A stretch of 63,224 nucleotides of DNA, the filler included, from Callorhinchus milii (lineage: Eukaryota): NCBI RefSeq assembly GCF_018977255.1. It is 2 parts of 2 records of this genome, joined end to end, with 100 filler letters (N's around TTAATTAATTAA, not from the genome) between each part and the next. Parts side by side here need not be neighbours in the genome. Positions count along the whole stretch, not along the records: positions 31,678 to 63,224 come from NW_024705616.1; 1 more part is not named here. One strand, written 5' to 3'. A program made the translations under genes and the position numbers. The notes under the pieces are model-generated. The model saw only the letters and a program-made list of their open reading frames with translations. It was not told the DNA's origin and did not search any database. Positions 57,781 through 63,224 of the stretch are shown one piece after another; position 1 is the stretch's first letter, and the number at the start of each line of letters is the position of its first letter.

Positions 57781-59811
57781 CTCGACTCGGACTAGCCTCG
57801 TTCGCTGTGTGCCTGTCTAACTTAAAACGTGACTCCCTTCTCTCTGCATTCCTTGCGAGCGGGCAACAAAAAAAAAAACACAAACATAGCGAGAAGAAGC
57901 AGACACCGGCGCGATCCCTCCTCGCGACCTTTTCCTAACCCTCCAAGCATTCCTGGGCCATCTGTTTGTGCTGCGGGGAGACAAAGGCGGCCGTGCTTAA
58001 CTCAAACACGCGAGCACCCACTCCTCTTTCCGCGTCTCTTGCGAGAGAAAACAACCAATGTCAGCACAAACCCCCCCCTTTGTGACCTTTTTGCTCCCTC
58101 CTTGCTGGTCAGACCCCGCTGGAAGACAAAGGTGGTCGAGGAGATGTTTGCAATACATTTATGTGGTCCTGTGTGTTACATTTATTCTTGAATTATATTT
58201 TATGAGTTCCTTCGGTCTTAGTATCGTGGTTATCATTCGTCTATGTTTAATGAATATTCGCCATGCTCCTCGTCACATTATTATTTTGGGCTTCGCCCAG
58301 TTTAGTTCTCCAGAGATTGGTGTTTTATTCTGAGTTAATTTTTTTATGTCCTGAGGTTAAGTGCACATGCACTTAAGCTTTCTGGAATTCGTACTCTTTA
58401 GTTTTTTGGAAGGTCGTGTAAGTAGGAAACATATACTTCTAAATAATATGTATGCGGTGAATATAATAGTAAAAATATTATTGTTTGTTGGTTAATTATC
58501 TTTGTTAAGTTTCTACTTTTCGGTGAGGAAAACGTTAAGAAAACGCGAAGTTTCAACCGTTATTTACTCTGCACCTTATCTGTACATCTCCAGATGTCTT
58601 GGGAGGTTTAGTCCATACATCTTTTGTCCGTCTGGATGTCTATGACCTCTTCGTGACCGAATTCCTATCATTTCAACCGCCCTCCATGTCTCATGGACTC
58701 CCGGTGTGCCGTGAGGAGAAGTGAGCCGTCCTCATTATTAAAAAAAAAATATATAGAAATAAAAAAAAAAATTCTTAATTATTCTTAATATTAATAACGG
58801 AAAACAGGGCATAGACACAACAACCCTGATTCCAGAAGTCGCTTCCACCACCTTTATTACACGTGCATGTGCAGCCCATTTGTATTGGATGTCCTGCAGT
58901 TGACGCCTTCAACGTTTTCCACGGCCTTGTGGCGGACCAGGTAGAGGCTTTCTAGCGAGTGTCGCTCGCTTGATAATTGGTGTTTTACCCTTCTATCTGG
59001 CAACAAAACTGACACCTTTTTTACAATGAGTCATGTTTGCATAGACCACAATACCTGCAGCCATAATGCAAATAAAAACACAACTCTGATAATGTATGTG
59101 CACTGTCCTTAAAGTTGATTGGTCCACACCCGAGACAGCTTTCCTTAGAGCCCAGTCTCACATGGTGTTGGACCAGATGACGCCAAAAGGCGCACAACTC
59201 AAAGACAATGCACCATCAGAGTATGAGAGCTCGGGTCAAGCATTTACACCATTGGAACCTCATTTTACTGGCAAATGAGGTTCCAGTGGTGTCGCTCGCT
59301 TGTTAGGAGCCGCCACTCGAACTGTCCCCAGACCTGTGCCCGGGTGCTGTGCTGTTGAGCCCGAATACAAGACGCAGGTCGATGTTGCACAAATTGCGCG
59401 TCTGGTTTTTCTGGTCTCTTCCACCGATACAACTGGTGCCGTTCATTACTCAGACCCTTAAACACGTTCCAGAAAAGTGTCTTATAAATCATCGCTTTGG
59501 CAACACCTGTACCAAATGTGGGATTTTTGCACACAGTGTTGGTGTACGGTGTTTTTTTCTGCAATATTTTGCTGTCTTTTCTTGGATTTTCTGTTTGCAC
59601 TCGGTCACATAGTCACTTTAAGATGTTTTCTTGTTCATGTTTTTGTTTTTTGTTTGTTGCGGTTGCACCCGATTCAAGAGCCGAATAGCTCACAGGGCTC
59701 TACCTAATACATGAACTTGACATGTGAGTTGGTTGAATGTGGCGAGCTCTAAGACCTCTCAGACGGAAATCGATTTGTGTGTCCGCTAAGTTCCTCCACT
59801 CTTTTGTGCAG

Positions 59812-59901
59812 ATTTCCAACAAGGTGGGCGCCTGCAAGCCGCTCTCCAACCTGGTTGACTCTGTAGACATCATTGTGTGCAGCTACGTGATGGACTCGCT
59901 G
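59812..59901 (+). CDS. PROM1: Prominin-1-like exon (90 nt)
   Basis: ttgtgcAG / GTgaga. ISNKVGACKPLSNLVDSVDIIVCSYVMDSL. Confidence 0.93.
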
Positions 59902-60308
59902 GTGAGAGGAGACGCTTCTGAGTTGTGTACCAGAGAGTAGCATTTGGCACAAGGGTTCTTCCTGCATTGGGACATTTTCTGAATGATAAATAATGATACT
60001 TTTTGGAGGAAGCTAGATTATTTCCTGCGGTTAGCACACTGCGCTACCAACCCGGTGACCCAAGTTCGATTCCCGCTTACAGCCAACATCGGTGACGACT
60101 ATCTGAACTGGTCCCGGACCTTCCGTTGGTCAACTCAGCCTTAAATGCATGCCATCAGCACTGGGAAGACAAAGGTGGCCTAGGCATGGTGTTGGCCACC
60201 CACCCCCTCTCGTGTATGTCATGCTAGCCTTAATAGGGGCTCGCAAATAGCACTTGCCCCGACAGTGCGGTCAACGCTACTGTGTTTGCCTCGTCTCTTT
60301 TCTTTCAG

Positions 60309-60424
60309 AACGTGTTTTGGTTTGGCCTCGGTTGGGCGACGGTGTTTCTAGTCCCGAGCATCATTTTTGCCGTGAGGCTGGCAAAAAACTACCGGCGAAT
60401 GGACACCGAGGACATGCATGATGA
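60309..60424 (+). CDS. PROM1: Prominin-1-like exon (TM5, 116 nt)
   Basis: tctttcAG / GTgagt. [38 protein letters not shown] carries the hallmark prominin FWFG..FAVxLAKxYRRM. Confidence 0.96.
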
Positions 60425-60506
60425 GTGAGTGCAGTGTGAAATCTGCTCTGCCGTGTACGTCCGAATACATCGGCTTAAATGGTATCATCAGGGGGTCCAT
60501 GTAGAT

Positions 60507-60738
60507 CAGTGGTTCTTAACTTTTTTGGAGGTACCGAACCCCACCAGTTTCATATGCGCATTCACCGAACCCTTCTTAATTGGAAAAATAAAATATGATT
60601 TTTTCAAATTCAAAACATAGGTATATGTTTTACTCGTGCACAATCATGAGTCAGGTGTGTGTCTTAATCTCCGCCGAACCCCTGAGACTGACTCACCGAA
60701 CCCCTGGGGTTCGGTCGAACCCAGGTTAAGAACCACTG
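60507..60738. mobile_element. hAT (Charlie-type) MITE (232 bp)
   Basis: TIR CAGTGGTTCTTAAC / GTTAAGAACCACTG and perfect 8-bp TSD ATGTAGAT. Confidence 0.94.
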
Positions 60739-60766
60739 ATGTAGATTTAAACAATGTAGCGTACAT

Positions 60767-61330
60767 TTTCTTGGTTCTTTCGGTAAAGTCACGTCGAAGG
60801 GAAATAATAAAATAAATATAAAACTAGTAAATTCTCACGTTTCGAATGCAACACAAGCAATCGTCATCAGGTGTGAAATCCACGGCAAGAAAATTTGAAA
60901 AAAGTGTCGGTTGTTTTTCCTTTTTTTTCAAATGTTCTTGCTGTGGACTTCACACCTGATGACGCTCGCTGCTTGTGTTGCAGTGGAAACGTCGTGAGAA
61001 TTTTTATTGTTTTATATTAATATTATTTTATTATTTCCCTTCTACGTGACTTCACCGAAAGAACCAAGAATATGAATCCCTGCAGTCACGAAAGCTTTAA
61101 ATCGAGAATTATTTTATTATGTTTTATTTTTATTATTTTATTATTTCCCTTCTACGTGACTTTACCAAAAGAACCAAGAAGATGAATCCCTGCAGTCACG
61201 AAAGCTTTAAATCGAGAATTATTTTATTATGTTTTATTTTTATTATCTTGTTATTTCCCTTCTACGTGACTTTACCGAAAGAACCAAAAATATGAATCCC
61301 TGCAGTCACGAAAGCTTTCAATCGAAATGT
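60767..61330 (+). mobile_element. Penelope-type fold-back element with hammerhead motif 60953-60996 and a triplicated 120-bp 3' end
   Basis: About 300-nt hairpin 60767-61070. CAC-CTGATGA-CGCT..AGTG-GAAACGTC-GTG. Tail unit repeated with a 120-bp period. Confidence 0.82.
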
Positions 61331-61747
61331 AACGTACCTTACATTTTCGGTGACTGGGCGAGGTGTTTCAAGGGGCATTGACACAGGCGGCTTGGCCTAC
61401 GCACGGCACGGCTGAAAGTAGCGCGTGTCAGCTGGAGATGTGGACGTCACCTTCACCCACTGGAGATGTCAACGCAGCAACACGGATTGACCCCTGCGGT
61501 TGGCCTAGAACCCTGCTTGTTCACTGTGATCTCATGCCTGCCCTGTCTCGCTTTTTTCCGCCTTTTGCAGTGCTTCAGTCACGAGGATCTGGAATTTAGC
61601 CTTCTGATCGCCATTCCTACTTTTGAAGTCGTGTTAGTTTGTTTGATGGTTCCACTTTGGAATGTTTTGCCCGTTCTTTTTTGTTGTGAAATTCTGCACG
61701 CCTTTTTCATCGCAACTGCACACTTTTGTTTGTTAGCAAATGTACAA

Positions 61748-61920
61748 TTCATCTTCTGGTTCTTTCGGCAAAGTCACGTAGAAGGGAAGTAATAAAATAA
61801 TAACAATAAAACGTAATAAAATAATTCTCAAGACGTTTTTTATTACTTCCTTCTACGTGACTTTACCGAAAGAACCAAGAAGATGAATCCCTGCAGTCAC
61901 GAAAGCTTTAAATCGAAATG
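61748..61920 (+). mobile_element. Short Penelope-type fold-back element, subfamily B (hammerhead deleted)
   Basis: Inverted arms and the same tail gaatccctgcagtcacgaaagctttaaatcgaaa. Confidence 0.78.
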
Positions 61921-62446
61921 TACAATTGTTGTGAGCCTCTTTCTCAGTTTACCATCCGCGCTAATAACGCCACCCTGCTGCTCTGCCATGCAGTATGCGA
62001 TGTGATGACAATAACACACGTGCAGCGCTACAGAAGTTCACGCTGTTTACCGTTTGGCTGTGGGAGTTTTACCACGTTACGAATTTCAATGCTGTGGGGT
62101 TTTTCCTCTGCATATCAGGCCATTGTCTAGTAAGAATGAATCTACGAGTATTTAATGACTACGAGATGCTCATTGAGAAGGGTGCAACGAGCTCTAATGT
62201 CGGTGACGTCATATTTGAGGGGGGGGGGTCTGACTTTTTTGTGACGCCGTGTGACGATGGAGGGGGGGGGGTTCTTGACGGTGCGTGGAGAAACATCGCC
62301 GTGGTTATTTTAATTAACGGAACGAGAATGTTCAACGGTTCAAAGCCACGGAATAAAATTGCGCGTCAGCTGTTTTGTTGGTGGGTGCCTGCGTCGTGTT
62401 CTCTGTGGGCAATGAAGCGTTCGGTCTACGCACGACGTCTTAGAAA

Positions 62447-62967
62447 CATCTTCTTGGTTCTTTCGGTAAAGTCACGTAGAAGGGAAATAATAAAATAATA
62501 ATAAAACATAATAAAATAATAAACATGAAACATAATAAATAATAAAAATAAACATAACATTTCGATTAAAGCTTTCGTGACTGCAGGGATTCATCTTGGT
62601 TCTTTCGGTAAAGTCACGTAGAATGGAGATAATAAAATAATAAAATTAAACATAATAAAATAATTCTCACGACGTTCGGCCACAACACAAGCAGCCGTCC
62701 GCAGGTGATGAACAGCGTCTTAGAGTAGCGGCATCTCTTCAGCAAACTCCGGGATAAGGAGGCTCAGCTAATCGAGTCTCTCACCTTTCTGAAGAGATGC
62801 CGCCACTCTAAGACCTGTTCTTCACCTGAGGACGGCTGCTTGCGTTGTGGCTGAAACGTCGCGATAATTATATATTATTATTATTTTATTATTTCCCTTC
62901 TATGTGACTTCACCGAAAGAACCAAGAAGATGAATCCCTGCAGTCACGAAAGCGTTAAATCGAAATT
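62447..62967. mobile_element. Compound Penelope-type fold-back element, subfamily B; hammerhead motif 62823-62863 (+) and a degenerate one on the minus arm
   Basis: Two minus arms and one plus arm. Central inverted repeat gtcttagagtagcggcatctcttcag / ctgaagagatgccgccactctaagac. Confidence 0.8.
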
Positions 62968-63224
62968 TAGTCTTAAAAACACTGAACATTCCCTCGAAAA
63001 CCAAAACGCTTTCACGACACCATATCAAGCTTCCATAGAAGAATACAAACTCCCTAAATTTTGTTTTAATAATGCAATGACCACACTGGGAAGACTGAAA
63101 CAATAAAAACTGTCTTTCTTTAGACACAAACATTGTTTCCCAGCTACGCTCCATTTAGAGTTGGTAATGGTTACCATAATGTCTTAATTTGATGACTGCG
63201 ATATTGTTTATCATTGTGCCTCTG

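Larger units (their letters stand above)
55444..58822. mobile_element. 3379-bp non-coding TG...CA element (giant solo LTR or Ginger-like derivative)
   Basis: TGTTGT...ACAACA ends, TSD ACCC (55440-55443, 58823-58826), AT-rich ends and a CpG-rich core with internal tandem arrays. Confidence 0.8.
54961..58861 (+). mobile_element. Solo LTR (about 518 bp: 54961-55443 + 58827-58861) split by a 3.4-kb insertion
   Basis: TGTAAT...ATTACA termini, TSD CGTG (54957-54960, 58862-58865), TATA-like ATTTAAA at about 55239, AATAAA at about 55433. Confidence 0.85.

Noticed and set aside
32276..60424. Calling the prominin gene a pseudogene
   Set aside because: Ten of twelve exons are intact with correct phases, and the lesions are mostly homopolymer-type and confined to the contig start.
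62119..62155. Possible terminal prominin exon (PLSSKNESTSI-stop after ttttcctctgcatatcAG)
   Set aside because: The acceptor and phase are plausible, but there is no recognisable homology, so it cannot be supported without transcripts.

Overview
Eukaryotic (vertebrate) genomic DNA made of two unrelated-looking halves joined by an artificial 100-bp linker (44 N + TTAATTAATTAA + 44 N, 31578-31677). The left half (1-31577) looks like a cartilaginous-fish NLR immune-gene cluster. It holds the last three LRR/terminal exons of one NLR gene (758-928, 4348-4515, 4682-4769) and the first coding exons of a second one (ATG exon 21893-22041, death-fold-like exons 26557-26717 and 29904-30075). Three tandem copies and one inverted copy of a promoter plus non-coding first-exon module lie between the two genes, among L2/CR1 LINEs, tRNA-derived SINEs and TG/GA simple repeats. 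The right half (31678-63224) looks lamprey-like and carries 12 consecutive + strand exons of a prominin-1-like gene (32276-60424). Its introns contain a nested stack (21-bp minisatellite > RTE LINE > young full-length Gypsy element), several solo LTRs with 4-bp TSDs, a 3.4-kb non-coding TG...CA element, hAT MITEs and at least seven fold-back Penelope-type elements carrying minimal hammerhead-ribozyme motifs. Taxonomic assignments and family names are recognitions from memory, not database results.
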